A stretch of 30,040 nt of DNA from Calditrichaceae bacterium (GTDB lineage: Bacteria; Calditrichota; Calditrichia; Calditrichales; JBFXGD01). The stretch spans positions 1-30,040 of the forward strand of contig JBFXGD010000025.1 in NCBI GenBank assembly GCA_050178385.1, written 5' to 3'. The position numbers and the translations under genes were made by a program. Numbering within the stretch: position 1 is the stretch's first letter; every line of letters begins with the position of its first letter. This document shows positions 16,167 to 26,791 of this stretch, piece after piece. The notes beneath the pieces were generated by a model. It saw nothing but the letters and a program-made list of their open reading frames with translations, did not search any database and was not told the DNA's origin.

Positions 16167-18266
16167 TTATTGTTTTTCACTGGGATTCTGGCGCTTAAGG
16201 AATTCCCTGCGGCTAAGAGCAATTTTGCCGTCCGGTGAGATACCTTTAACAACCACATCGATCTCATCACCTTCCTTAACCACATCGGTGACCTTGTTTG
16301 TCCTGGCCACATCAAGCTCAGAAATATGAACCATTCCTTCTTTATTGGGCATAAATTCGACAAATGCGCCGAAATCCTTTACGCGTTTGACAATCCCTTT
16401 GTATGCTTTGCCTAACACAGGTTCCTCAATCAACGCATTTACCATTTTAAGGGCCTTTTCAGCCGCTTCCATATCATCGGAAGCGATGACGACCTTTCCT
16501 GTATCATCGATATCGATGCTCACACCGGTGACTTCTATAATGCCGCGGATAGTTTTGCCTCCGGGACCGATGATGGTACCGATTTTTTCTGTAGGAACAT
16601 AAATTTCCATAATCTTCGGTGCGAAACGGCTCATTTCCTTGCGCGGCTCATTCATCACTTCTTCCATCTTGCCCATAATGAACGCCCGGCCTTCTTTTGC
16701 CTGATTCAGGGCGTTGGCCATAATCTCTTTGGAAATCCCGCCAATCTTAATATCCATCTGAACAGCCGTAATTCCGTCTTTACTCCCGGCTACCTTGAAA
16801 TCCATATCACCAAGATGATCCTCATCGCCCAGTATATCAGAAAGAATGGCAATTTTTGAATCTACTTTGATCAGTCCCATCGCGATTCCTGCTACGGTGC
16901 CTTTAATTGGAACACCGGCATCCATCAGCGCGAGTGATCCTGAACAGACGGTGGCCATTGAGGATGAACCGTTTGATTCAAGCACTTCTGAAACGATACG
17001 GATCGTGTAAGGAAACGTTCCTTCATCCGGGAGCAGCGGCTTTAAAGCCCGCTCAGCCAGATTTCCATGACCAATTTCCCGACGGCTTACACCACGGATT
17101 GGTTTTGCCTCACCCGTGCTGAACGGCGGAAAATTATAATGTAAAAGATATTTTTTAGAACTCGAACCTTCGAGACCATCAACCGTTTGTTCATCCGATT
17201 TTGTTCCGAGCGTAACCACACCCAGGGACTGGGTCTGGCCGCGTGTAAACAGCGCGGAGCCATGAGTCCGGGGCAATAATCCCACTTCACTGGTTATTTG
17301 ACGGATATCTTTAAGACCTCGTCCGTCAAGCCGCACATTTTCATTGATGATCATTAAACGTACTTCAGCTTTTTCAATATCATGAATGATACCCGCAATT
17401 AATTTCCCGGATTCCGGATAGCTTTCTTCCAGTTCGGCGACTGCTAAATCTCTTACCGCTTTTAACGCCTGACGTCTTTCTGTTTTTTCGGTAATTTTGA
17501 CGGCTTTTTTGATACCATCAAGAGACAAATCGGTCACTTTCTTTTCGAGCCCTTCAGGTAACTCAGCCTTTTCAAACGCGCGTTTTTCAATCTTTAATTC
17601 ACTGAATAATTCCTTCTGAAGTGCCGTAAGTTTTTTAATAGCCTTATGCGCTTCATCAATCGCGGAAAGAAGATCGTCTTCGGATACTTCTTTTGCTTCA
17701 CCTTCAACCATCATAATCGAATCGTCTGAACCGGCTACTACCAGTTCAATTACCGCGTTTTTTAGTTGGGTGATTGTGGGATTAATAATATACTCACCGT
17801 CGATTTTTGCAACTCGTACGGTGGCGATTGGTCCGTTGAAAGGAATATTTGACAGACCAAGAGCGGTTGCAGAGCCAAGGCCGGCCAATACATCAGCATC
17901 GTTTTCCTTATCCATTGACAGGACATTGGCGATAATCTGAGTCTCGTTCTGAAAGCCATCGGGAAACAATGGTCGAATAGGCCGGTCAATTAACCGCGCA
18001 GAAAGGATTTCCTTATCGCTTGGTCTTCCCTCTCTTTTTATAAAACCACCGGGAATTTTACCTGCTGAATATGTCTTTTCACGGTATTCGACACTTAACG
18101 GAAAAAAGTCAAGATGCGGGGAAGGATCTTCTGCCGCGACCGCGGTAACAAGAACTACCGTATCGCCGTAACTGACAACGACAGCGCCGTCTGCCTGTTT
18201 CGCCATTTTGCCTGTTTCTATTGTGAGCGTTCTGCCACTCAACTCAATCGATTTTCTAACAACCAT
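16167..18266 (-). CDS. pnp: Polyribonucleotide nucleotidyltransferase
   Basis: RLIDRPIRPLF, FTRGQTQ, RREIGHG, SNGSSSMA and DMDFKVAG; C-terminal KH and S1 domains. Confidence 0.98.
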   Translation of the reverse strand: MVVRKSIELSGRTLTIETGKMAKQADGAVVVSYGDTVVLVTAVAAEDPSPHLDFFPLSVEYREKTYSAGKIPGGFIKREGRPSDKEILSARLIDRPIRPLFPDGFQNETQIIANVLSMDKENDADVLAGLGSATALGLSNIPFNGPIATVRVAKIDGEYIINPTITQLKNAVIELVVAGSDDSIMMVEGEAKEVSEDDLLSAIDEAHKAIKKLTALQKELFSELKIEKRAFEKAELPEGLEKKVTDLSLDGIKKAVKITEKTERRQALKAVRDLAVAELEESYPESGKLIAGIIHDIEKAEVRLMIINENVRLDGRGLKDIRQITSEVGLLPRTHGSALFTRGQTQSLGVVTLGTKSDEQTVDGLEGSSSKKYLLHYNFPPFSTGEAKPIRGVSRREIGHGNLAERALKPLLPDEGTFPYTIRIVSEVLESNGSSSMATVCSGSLALMDAGVPIKGTVAGIAMGLIKVDSKIAILSDILGDEDHLGDMDFKVAGSKDGITAVQMDIKIGGISKEIMANALNQAKEGRAFIMGKMEEVMNEPRKEMSRFAPKIMEIYVPTEKIGTIIGPGGKTIRGIIEVTGVSIDIDDTGKVVIASDDMEAAEKALKMVNALIEEPVLGKAYKGIVKRVKDFGAFVEFMPNKEGMVHISELDVARTNKVTDVVKEGDEIDVVVKGISPDGKIALSRREFLKRQNPSEKQ

Positions 18267-18293
18267 TTAACCTCCAAAAATACGATAAGAAAC

Positions 18294-18563
18294 TTATCGT
18301 CTTATACCTAATTCTTCAATTAATTTACGATATCTCATAATGTCTACCTTCTGGAGATAACGCAGAAATCTTCTTCTCTGACCAACGAGTTTAAGCAGCC
18401 CGCGGCGTGAATGATGATCTTTTTTGTGTGTTTTTAAATGTTCGGTCAGATATTTAATACGCTCTGTCAATAATGCGACCTGTACTTCCGGTTTCCCTGT
18501 GTCGTTAGCATTTTCACCGTATTTGCTGACCAATTCTGATCTTTCAGCTTTTGTTAAAGCCAT
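18294..18563 (-). CDS. rpsO: 30S ribosomal protein S15
   Basis: [13 protein letters not shown]...[20 protein letters not shown]; 89 aa; GGAGG RBS. Confidence 0.99.
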   Translation of the reverse strand: MALTKAERSELVSKYGENANDTGKPEVQVALLTERIKYLTEHLKTHKKDHHSRRGLLKLVGQRRRFLRYLQKVDIMRYRKLIEELGIRR

Positions 18564-18579
18564 GTTTCTTCCTCCAAAA

Positions 18580-19503
18580 TTAAATATTCAAACTGTTTTG
18601 TTTGTCAATTTCAAGTTGAGTTATCAATTCTTCAACAGAATTGAATTTGATTTCATCGCGAAGGCGTTTTTTAAAAAAAACGGTTAATTTCTCACCATAA
18701 ATTTCTTTTTTGAAATCAAATATATGGGTTTCAATATTTAGCTGATCCGAGCCGAATGTCGGGCGGAATCCAATATTCATCATCCCCTTATACATTTGAT
18801 CGTTATGTTTTACATCCACCGCGTAGACGCCTTTTCCAGGAATCAATTTATTCGGATTCTCCACATCTATATTCGCAGTGTGAAAATTGAGTTTTTTACC
18901 CCGTCCGTCACCGGGAACAACCTTTCCCGAAACACTATAAAGTCTGCCCAGATATTCTGCTGCCTTTTCGACTTCACCTTCGGTTAAGGCATTCCGGATA
19001 GTTGTACTGCTGACCACCTGATCCTTTATTTCAAACGGTCCGACTTTTTCAACTTCAAATTTAAATTCATCACTCAATAGAACCAGGTTGTCAAAATTTC
19101 CTTCCCTGTTCTTGCCAAAGGCGTGATCATAACCGACAACCACCACTTTGGCCATCAATTTATCAAGCAGAATTGATTTGATGAATTGACGGTAATTTGT
19201 CTGAGAAAAATCATGATCAAACTTTATAATCACTAATCTATCAATACCGCTTTCTCTGATGATTTCAATTTTTTCGTCTTTGTCGGTAATAAGTTTAATG
19301 GCTTCTTTAAACTTACTTTTTACTACTAGTTTGGGATGAGGATGAAAAGTAACCATGGTGGAACATAAATTCTTTTCATTCGCTATCTCCAATAGGCGCG
19401 AAATTATTTTCTTATGGCCTAAATGAATTCCATCAAAGGTTCCGACCGTAATCGCGCACGGGAATTTAGTATTTATATTTTCTATTCCGTCGATAATTTC
19501 CAT
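18580..19503 (-). CDS. ribF: Bifunctional riboflavin kinase/FAD synthetase
   Basis: [33 protein letters not shown] and ETHIFDF. Probable start MEIIDG at 19503 (track start 19530 overlaps truB). Confidence 0.96.
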   Translation of the reverse strand: MEIIDGIENINTKFPCAITVGTFDGIHLGHKKIISRLLEIANEKNLCSTMVTFHPHPKLVVKSKFKEAIKLITDKDEKIEIIRESGIDRLVIIKFDHDFSQTNYRQFIKSILLDKLMAKVVVVGYDHAFGKNREGNFDNLVLLSDEFKFEVEKVGPFEIKDQVVSSTTIRNALTEGEVEKAAEYLGRLYSVSGKVVPGDGRGKKLNFHTANIDVENPNKLIPGKGVYAVDVKHNDQMYKGMMNIGFRPTFGSDQLNIETHIFDFKKEIYGEKLTVFFKKRLRDEIKFNSVEELITQLEIDKQNSLNI

Positions 19504-19508
19504 ATCAA

Positions 19509-20219
19509 TTATGCCGCTAAATCTTTCCAATACCCGATAAATTCATTAATAGTAAAACTGTCTTCGAGTTTGTACTGACCAATTGATGTCCTTTCCAGTT
19601 CATCGAGACAGGCGCCGACTTCCAGTAATTTGCCAAGCTCATGCGCATACGAGCGGATATATGTACCCTTTGAAACATTCAGATCCAAACTCAGCAAGGG
19701 GCTTTTCCAGTTTAGAACACGCGCGTCATGGATCGTAATATTTACGGGCTTTCGCTCGATCTCTATCCCTTTACGCGCAAGTTTATATAAAGGTTGACCA
19801 TTAATTTTCTTTGCAGAATACATGGGAGGAACCTGCTCAAGATTACCGGTCATCTTTTCGACCGCCTTTTCAATATCATTCAATTCGAGATGATCAGCGG
19901 CTGTTTCCCGCACTGTCTTTCCGGTTCGGTCATATGTATCGGTTTCTATCCCGAATCTAACCAGGGCGCGGTATGTTTTTGAAAGACCACTCAGTTCAGC
20001 CATCATTTTCGTACCCTGCCCCACACCTAGAATCAACAATCCTGTCGCAAATGGGTCAAGCGTTCCGGCATGTCCGACTTTTCTAATTTTCAGATAATTC
20101 CTGATTTTCTTAACCGCGTCAAAGGAAGTCCAGTTCTCTTCTTTATTTATAAGAACCAAAAATCCTTTTTCGAGCCCGTCCTTAGTCAAGACATTATTTT
20201 TTTTCAGAATCTGAATCAT
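19509..20219 (-). CDS. truB: tRNA pseudouridine(55) synthase
   Basis: VGHAGTLDPFATG, QVPPMYSAKK and SKGTYIRS. Confidence 0.97.
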   Translation of the reverse strand: MIQILKKNNVLTKDGLEKGFLVLINKEENWTSFDAVKKIRNYLKIRKVGHAGTLDPFATGLLILGVGQGTKMMAELSGLSKTYRALVRFGIETDTYDRTGKTVRETAADHLELNDIEKAVEKMTGNLEQVPPMYSAKKINGQPLYKLARKGIEIERKPVNITIHDARVLNWKSPLLSLDLNVSKGTYIRSYAHELGKLLEVGACLDELERTSIGQYKLEDSFTINEFIGYWKDLAA

Positions 20220-20559
20220 TCTCGATTTTTTTCAAAAGACTATTTATTCGCGCAGCATATTCGATCGATTCATCATAGAAAAAACGTAATTCCGGCAGCC
20301 ATCGTGCCGTGATAATCGGCCGAAGCTCGTTTCTGATAAAGGATGCTGAACGTTTAAGTGCCCTGGCTGTTTTTTCTTTCTGCTCATCATCCCCAAGTAC
20401 TGTATAATAAACGCTGGCAATTTTAAGATCAGGAGAAATTTTCACATTGGTCAATGTGATCATTCCTTTTTCCGGATCCTTAACCTTTAAATCGATGATC
20501 GAACCAAGCGCCTTTTTAAGAGCTCCCGAATAGCGATCCTGTCTTCTTTGCTGAGCCAT
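20194..20559 (-). CDS. rbfA: Ribosome-binding factor A
   Basis: VKISPDLKIASVYY and PELRFFYDES; synteny with infB and truB. Confidence 0.95.
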   Translation of the reverse strand: MAQQRRQDRYSGALKKALGSIIDLKVKDPEKGMITLTNVKISPDLKIASVYYTVLGDDEQKEKTARALKRSASFIRNELRPIITARWLPELRFFYDESIEYAARINSLLKKIENDSDSEKK

Positions 20560-20564
20560 AATAT

Positions 20565-20852
20565 TTATCTGTAATCAAATTGATAATTTATTATTTCAAA
20601 TTCCGTCTCATTATCGAGATCGCGGAAAATTTTTTGCATCATCTGATCCGCGAATGATTTATCGGATGAGACAATCGCAAATGCGATCAAAGAACGCTGC
20701 CATTTATCGTTATAATCAATTTCCGCGACCGAAACATTGTACTTTTTCCGAACCCGGTCACGAATCCTGTTGACAATAACTCTTTTATCCTTGAGGGACG
20801 CGCTTCCCTGAATCAAAATTTCAGTTGTCAATACCCCGACGAACATACCCAT
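20565..20852 (-). CDS. DUF503 (YlxP-like) protein
   Basis: SLKDKR...YNVSVAEIDYNDKWQR signature, located between infB and rbfA. Confidence 0.9.
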   Translation of the reverse strand: MGMFVGVLTTEILIQGSASLKDKRVIVNRIRDRVRKKYNVSVAEIDYNDKWQRSLIAFAIVSSDKSFADQMMQKIFRDLDNETEFEIINYQFDYR

Positions 20853-20855
20853 TTC

Positions 20856-23561
20856 TTAAGCCAGATGTCTCTTAACTTTGGAAATCTGATACGATTCGAT
20901 TATATCGCCTATTTTAAGGTCGTTATAATTTTCGATCTGAATACCGCATTCAAAACCGGAAGCTACTTCTCTTGTATCCTCTTTAAATCTTTTAAGTGAC
21001 GCGATATTTCCCGAATATATTTCCTTATCATCTCTGATCAGTCTTACCTTATTGTTACGCAATATTTTCCCGTTAATCACGTAACAACCGGCAATCACAC
21101 CAATACGTGATATTTTAAAGGTTTCCCTGATCTCCGCCTGACCCAGAATAGCTTCAGATTCTTCCGGTTCAAGCAGACCTTCAAGCGCCAGTTTAACTTC
21201 GTTTATTGCATCATATACAACACGATAATGGCGGATATCGACTTCTTCTTTTTCGGCAAGTTCCTTCGCCTTGGTATTCGTCCGGACATTAAATCCGATA
21301 ATGACCGCATCTGACGCGGCCGCTAACAGGATATCATTTTCAGAGACCGGACCGACTGCCTTTCGAATCACATTCACCTGAACTTCAGCCGTATTCAATT
21401 TTATCAATGAATCAGCAAGAGCTTCCGCCGAACCGTCCACATCAGCCTTTACGAGAATATTCAGATCTTTTACAGCGCCAATCTTAATCTGCTCAGAAAT
21501 TTGATCCAATGTTTTAAGTTTAACTTTTCTCGAGTCCTGTTCACGTCTTAACTGCTGACGTTTAACACCGATATCTCTCGCCGCGCGTTCATCGTTCATC
21601 ACAACAAATTTATCACCCGCCTGCGGAACTCCCATAAACCCAACAACTACGGCAGGCTGCGAAGGACCGACTTCCTGAATGCGATCATCGGATTCATTAA
21701 ACAGCGCCCTGACTTTACCGTAAAACTGACCCGCGATAAAATTATCGCCAACTTTAAGCGTTCCGTTTTGAATGAGCACGGTTGCTATGGCTCCCTTACC
21801 CTTATCAAGACGCGCCTCAACCACATGTCCGGTTGCATTTCTTTCCGGATTCGCTTTCAGGTCAAGCATTTCCGCTTCAAGAAGAACTTTTTCTAGCAGT
21901 TCAGGAATACCCTTTCCCAGTTTGGCGGAAATTTCAGCGCATTGATACGCGCCTCCCCAATCTTCAACCAACACATTTCGTTCTGCCAACTGTTGCTTTA
22001 TTCGTTCCGAATTGGCTCCGGGTTTATCAATTTTATTGATAGCGATTACGATTTTCACACCCGCTGCTTTCGCGTGATCAAGAGCTTCGTCTGTCTGAGG
22101 CATAACGGCATCATCCGCGGCTATGATCAGGATTACAATATCAGTTACCTGCGCGCCTCTTGCCCTCATAGCGGTGAATGCTTCGTGACCTGGTGTATCG
22201 AGAAAAGTGATTCGTTTCCCGTTATACTCAACTTCATATGCTCCAATGTGCTGGGTTATACCGCCTGCTTCCCCGCTGACAATATTACTATGCCGTAAGA
22301 AATCCAGCAAAGAAGTTTTACCATGATCCACATGCCCCATAATCGTTACAATCGGAGCCCTGGGCTTCAGACTTTTTTCATCGTCTTCTTCCTCATCAAT
22401 CTCATCCTCGGCAAATTCTGAGACAAACTGTTCTTCGACCTTGAAGCCATACTCTTCAGCAAGTAGAGTTATCGTATCCAAATCCAGTCTTTGATTTATC
22501 GATACAACCAGTCCAAGTTCAAGACATTTTGTAATAATTTCAGCGACGGATACATCCATCATATTGGCAAGATCACTCGCTGAAATAAATTCTGCCACCT
22601 TAATGATATTTTCTTCTATCTCTTCACCATTTTCAACCCTGATCTTCTTATGACGTTTGGGTTTACGCCCCTTGCTGTCAATGGATGCGAGTGTTTTTTT
22701 GACATTATCCTGAACTTCTTTAAGATCGACCTGTTTCCTTTTCGGTTTCTTGCTTTTCCGTTTTCTGGACCCGCCTTCGCCCTCGGAATCAGATCTTGTA
22801 ATATCGACTTTCCCTGGTGCCGGGCGTTTTTTCCCGTCTTTACGTATCATTTCCAGGGCTTTTCTGCGTTTTTTCTCTTTCTCGCTAAGAAACGCGTCTT
22901 CTTCGTTGGTTTTTTTCTTTTCCTTGTCTTTTCCGGGAACCGATTTTTTCAGCTTTGACGTATCTTCAGCCTTTGCAGGCTCTTCTTTGACGGGCTCTTT
23001 CGGTTTTTGAACCGCATCCTGCCGTTCCTGGTCAGATTTATCCGTTGCGGAAGGAGTTTTTATTTCAATATCGTCGGATATCGGTTCTATTTTTTCCGTT
23101 TCCGGAATTTCGACCGTAGTATCCGGTGTCTGAATTACAGTTTCTGGAGCTTCATCCGTGGCGGCCGGCTTCTCAACTTTGATCTCAGCTTTTTTCTTTT
23201 TCGGCTCTGCTTTCTTCTTTTCCACGGGAGGCTTGCTTAATGCCTCGGCGCCATCAGCAATGGACTTTTTAATGGCCTTCATATAAGCAGAATCACTCTG
23301 AACATCTTTTTCCTGATCAGTTTCGTCAGTCTGAGCACTTTCCGGCTGAGTCATGCTTTCTTTACGCGCCTTAAGCACTTCGGCTTTCGCCTTGTCCGTC
23401 GCAAACTTTTCGAGTATATCGATATAGACTTCTTCATCGATAGGCGTATTGGGCCCCGCAACTTTTATACCTTTTTTTTGCAGGAAATCACTTATCGTTT
23501 CATGTCCGAGATTCAGTTCTTTGCAAATTTTAAATAGCTTGTATTTTTTGCCAACCGCCAT
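20856..23561 (-). CDS. infB: Translation initiation factor IF-2
   Basis: MGHVDHGKTSLLD, GGITQHIGAY, DTPGHEAF, NKID and SLKRFKED; long charged N-terminal linker. Confidence 0.99.
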   Translation of the reverse strand: MAVGKKYKLFKICKELNLGHETISDFLQKKGIKVAGPNTPIDEEVYIDILEKFATDKAKAEVLKARKESMTQPESAQTDETDQEKDVQSDSAYMKAIKKSIADGAEALSKPPVEKKKAEPKKKKAEIKVEKPAATDEAPETVIQTPDTTVEIPETEKIEPISDDIEIKTPSATDKSDQERQDAVQKPKEPVKEEPAKAEDTSKLKKSVPGKDKEKKKTNEEDAFLSEKEKKRRKALEMIRKDGKKRPAPGKVDITRSDSEGEGGSRKRKSKKPKRKQVDLKEVQDNVKKTLASIDSKGRKPKRHKKIRVENGEEIEENIIKVAEFISASDLANMMDVSVAEIITKCLELGLVVSINQRLDLDTITLLAEEYGFKVEEQFVSEFAEDEIDEEEDDEKSLKPRAPIVTIMGHVDHGKTSLLDFLRHSNIVSGEAGGITQHIGAYEVEYNGKRITFLDTPGHEAFTAMRARGAQVTDIVILIIAADDAVMPQTDEALDHAKAAGVKIVIAINKIDKPGANSERIKQQLAERNVLVEDWGGAYQCAEISAKLGKGIPELLEKVLLEAEMLDLKANPERNATGHVVEARLDKGKGAIATVLIQNGTLKVGDNFIAGQFYGKVRALFNESDDRIQEVGPSQPAVVVGFMGVPQAGDKFVVMNDERAARDIGVKRQQLRREQDSRKVKLKTLDQISEQIKIGAVKDLNILVKADVDGSAEALADSLIKLNTAEVQVNVIRKAVGPVSENDILLAAASDAVIIGFNVRTNTKAKELAEKEEVDIRHYRVVYDAINEVKLALEGLLEPEESEAILGQAEIRETFKISRIGVIAGCYVINGKILRNNKVRLIRDDKEIYSGNIASLKRFKEDTREVASGFECGIQIENYNDLKIGDIIESYQISKVKRHLA

Positions 23562-23607
23562 TTACACTCCAAATTCTAATATTGTCCTTTTCCATTTCTG
23601 AAACAGA

Positions 23608-24861
23608 TTATTCAGTTTCAGGCTGTCCTTCAGGTAAATATTTCTGAATAATTTCCAGGATTTTTTCGACAGACTTTGGTCCGATTCCTGATATTTGTTT
23701 AAGACCGGCTTCACCAAGCTCAAACACTTCATATACATCCAGAACATCAGCATCAAGAAGTTTATTCTTCAAGGCCTCCGGCAACTCAACAACATCCTCG
23801 ATTGCTGTATAGGTCTGACTGCTTTCTGTTTTATATTCCGACTCACGGATCGGTTCGATTTGATAACCCGTAATTTCAGACGCGAGCCGTAAATTTTGTC
23901 CGCCCTTGCCTATCGCCAGTGACATCTGATCATCCGGTATCACGGCAACCGACATGCTATCATCGCGATTTACAATAATTTTAACCGGTTTCGCAGGAGC
24001 CAGCGCTCTTGAAATAAAGATTTCGGGCTCAGTGGAAAAATTAATTATATCGATTTTTTCGTTGTTTAATTCTTTCACGATCGCCTGAATCCTGACGCCC
24101 TTCATACCGACGCACGCTCCCACAGGATCGATCCGCCGGTCGATTGATTCAACGGCTATTTTTGAACGGTCACCCGCATCTCTGGCAACGCGTTTTATCT
24201 CGACGATACCATCATATATCTCAGGAACTTCGAGTTCGAACAACCTTACCAGAAAATTTTTGTCCGCGCGACTGACAATGATTTCCGGGCCGCGTCCCTG
24301 ATTTCTTACCTCTTTTATGATACAACGCATTGTATCACCTCTCCTAAGACGCTCATTGTAAATCTGCTCTTCACGCGGAAGGAAAACTTCTGTTTTATCC
24401 ACATTAATAAAAATTCCGCGTTTCTGCATCTGATGAATATCACCAATTATAATCTCACCGATCCGGTTTTTATATTCTCCGAGAATATTATCACGTTCGA
24501 AATCACGTATTTTCTGATTCAGGTTCTGCTTCGCGGTAACGATCAGGCGCCTCCCGAAAGATATCGGATCGATAACCTCTACGATATCCTCACCTATCTC
24601 TGCATCGGGATCAATTTTTCTGGCTGACTCCAAATCAATTTGCGATACGGGATCTTCAACTTCTTCAACTACAGTTTTCTCCTGATAAATCTCAATATCA
24701 CCTTTATCAATATTCACGATAACATCAAAATTATCGGAGACGCCGTATCTCTTTTGGATCAGCTGAATGAAGATATTTTCCAGCATGTCCCTGAGATGTT
24801 CTTTCTCAATTTTTTTATCCTTGGCGATTTGAGTAATGGCTTCCATTATCTCGCTATTCAT
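23608..24861 (-). CDS. nusA: Transcription termination/antitermination factor NusA
   Basis: LFELEVPEIYDG, DPVGACVGMKGVRI and AIGKGGQNLRLAS; C-terminal HhH. Confidence 0.98.
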   Translation of the reverse strand: MNSEIMEAITQIAKDKKIEKEHLRDMLENIFIQLIQKRYGVSDNFDVIVNIDKGDIEIYQEKTVVEEVEDPVSQIDLESARKIDPDAEIGEDIVEVIDPISFGRRLIVTAKQNLNQKIRDFERDNILGEYKNRIGEIIIGDIHQMQKRGIFINVDKTEVFLPREEQIYNERLRRGDTMRCIIKEVRNQGRGPEIIVSRADKNFLVRLFELEVPEIYDGIVEIKRVARDAGDRSKIAVESIDRRIDPVGACVGMKGVRIQAIVKELNNEKIDIINFSTEPEIFISRALAPAKPVKIIVNRDDSMSVAVIPDDQMSLAIGKGGQNLRLASEITGYQIEPIRESEYKTESSQTYTAIEDVVELPEALKNKLLDADVLDVYEVFELGEAGLKQISGIGPKSVEKILEIIQKYLPEGQPETE

Positions 24862-24885
24862 AACAATCTTTTATCCTCCCAAAGA

Positions 24886-25338
24886 TTACCATTTTAATTT
24901 AACTTTTGCCTGATCAATTGCAGGTCGACTAATTTTTACAATATTTTTTCGCCGATCCTGTAACCGTATCTCATCAGAATCGAACTCTAACAACTTGCCG
25001 ATATATTCTATTCCATCATGATCAAGATTCAACCGGACCAACAATTCCTGTCCGATATTTTTCCTGAACTCATAATCTTCAATAAGCGGCCTATCAATTC
25101 CGGGCGATGAAACATCTAACCTGTAATTTTCAGGGAACAAGTCATCCATATCAATCTCATCTTTGATTTCCCGGGACAACTGTTCACATTCTCCGAGTGT
25201 GATGCCTTTTTCACTATCAGCAAAAATCTGAAAAATAGGATTTTTCGCGTCACCTTTATACTTTATTTCTATAAGAACAAGATTGAGGTTTCCGCATATA
25301 GATCTTACAACTTGATCCAGCTTTTCTTTTATATCCAA
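24886..25338 (-). CDS. rimP: Ribosome maturation factor RimP
   Basis: GITLGEC and YRLDVSSPGIDRPL. Probable TTG start at 25338 after GGAG; the track start 25380 lies inside the leader hairpin. Confidence 0.93.
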   Translation of the reverse strand: MDIKEKLDQVVRSICGNLNLVLIEIKYKGDAKNPIFQIFADSEKGITLGECEQLSREIKDEIDMDDLFPENYRLDVSSPGIDRPLIEDYEFRKNIGQELLVRLNLDHDGIEYIGKLLEFDSDEIRLQDRRKNIVKISRPAIDQAKVKLKW

Positions 25339-25356
25339 ACCAATTCTCCACATAAC

Positions 25357-25382
25357 AAAAAAGTGGGCTGAGAGACCCACTT
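25357..25382 (-). promoter_or_regulatory. rimP-leader attenuator hairpin
   Basis: Minus strand AAGTGGG-TCTCTCAG-CCCACTT-TTTT just upstream of the rimP RBS. It matches the described conserved GGG/CCC terminator leader of rimP-nusA-infB operons. Confidence 0.8.
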
Positions 25383-25395
25383 AACCGAAATGCAA

Positions 25396-25424
25396 AATAT
25401 AATAGTTATAATGCCTTATTGCAA
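25396..25424 (-). promoter_or_regulatory. Putative sigma-70 promoter of the rimP operon
   Basis: Minus strand TTGCAA-N17-TATATT, 13 nt upstream of the leader hairpin. Confidence 0.6.
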
Positions 25425-25462
25425 GTTAATTTCGAGAATTACATCTCTCTCGATCTCTCAAT

Positions 25463-26791
25463 CTAAATCTGTCCAGCCGTCTGTAATCTGTACAGTGGAT
25501 ACGACACCGATAATATAACCAGACCAATCAGAGATTCAATAAAATTCATATAAAGAATATTAAATAGAATCAGAGTGCAAAGCAACAAATAGATAGTAAC
25601 GGAAATGACGGCGCTAATCTTTATTTTCGTCGAATATAACAAAATTTTGAATGAAATAGTTCCCGACATAATCGAAAACAGCAGGATGGCCGCGACAACA
25701 ATTGTAAGGAGCTGATTAAAGGTTCCGGAAAGCATCAATACAATCGACCATAAGCACTGGGTCCATAACGCAGCTGATGGACTCGCAAATTTCTCGTGCT
25801 CTTTTGCCAGACCACTCCATAAATATCCATCCCGGGCCATGGCCTGGTAAATCCTTGGTCCGGATAACACGGTCGAATTAAGACTGCTTAAAATGGCAAT
25901 TAATATCATTACGGCAATCACTTTCGTCGCTTGCGGTCCCCAAAGTTTCTCGGCTACAAGACTTGCTGAATTAATCTTATCTGACAGCTCAGCCGGCGAG
26001 AGCACACTCAAAAACACATAGTTAATTCCGATATAAACAGCCACAACAACAAGGATTCCCGTAATGAGGGCCTTGGGAATGATCTCTCCGGGTGATTCCA
26101 CTTCATTGGCGATATAGTTTACAGTTGTCCATCCCATATATGTGAATAAGACGGCGACCAGGCCCACGGAGAATAAATTCCATGACGGATATATATCATT
26201 CCCCCGAGCCGTCGCAAAACCGGTAGCCCCTTCCATCATCCCAAAAAAGATAAATCCGATCATCAAAAAAACAATGGCGGCCGTAAGTACAATCTGGGTA
26301 CGGCCTCCTGTTCTGATTCCCAAATAATTTAGATATGTCAGAATGATAATGCTTAAAATCCCGGCAATCTTGAATCCGTCAAGTGAAAAAAAATAATCCC
26401 CGATGATGCCGATTGAAAAAACGGAGTAATCAAGGCCCAAATTCGGAAAAACATCATTCAGATAATGCGCCGAGCCTATTCCAAGCGCGGCGATCGATCC
26501 GGTATAAGTGATAAATATGGCAGACCAGCCAAAAAGATAGGAGAAATAAGGATGATAATGCTCCTTAAAATATGCATAATCACCTCCCTGATACGGCATA
26601 TTTCCGGCCAGAATTCCATACGTCTTCGCACCGGTATAGGCATAAACGGCGCCAACCCCCCATGCCAGCAAAATGAAATACGGATTCTGAATTTTCCCCG
26701 CGAGATAACCGGTGGTCGTAAAAATACCAACACCAATGATATTTCCTATCGTCAGAGCCAGAGCAGTCCAGAAACCTATCTTTTTTTTCAT
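25463..26791 (-). CDS. APC-family amino acid permease
   Basis: GNIIGVGIF, GGDYAY, FTYMGW...EVESP and SGPRIYQAMARDG; about 12 TM. Confidence 0.92.
   Translation of the reverse strand: MKKKIGFWTALALTIGNIIGVGIFTTTGYLAGKIQNPYFILLAWGVGAVYAYTGAKTYGILAGNMPYQGGDYAYFKEHYHPYFSYLFGWSAIFITYTGSIAALGIGSAHYLNDVFPNLGLDYSVFSIGIIGDYFFSLDGFKIAGILSIIILTYLNYLGIRTGGRTQIVLTAAIVFLMIGFIFFGMMEGATGFATARGNDIYPSWNLFSVGLVAVLFTYMGWTTVNYIANEVESPGEIIPKALITGILVVVAVYIGINYVFLSVLSPAELSDKINSASLVAEKLWGPQATKVIAVMILIAILSSLNSTVLSGPRIYQAMARDGYLWSGLAKEHEKFASPSAALWTQCLWSIVLMLSGTFNQLLTIVVAAILLFSIMSGTISFKILLYSTKIKISAVISVTIYLLLCTLILFNILYMNFIESLIGLVILSVSYPLYRLQTAGQI

Noticed and set aside
19509..20219. Short TruB lacking the C-terminal PUA domain as a possible pseudogene
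   Set aside because: Catalytic motifs are intact, and short TruB forms are common in several phyla.
22600..23350. Low-complexity K/E/P-rich stretch and its antisense ORFs
   Set aside because: Normal variable N-terminal linker of IF-2. The F/S-rich antisense ORFs are shadows.
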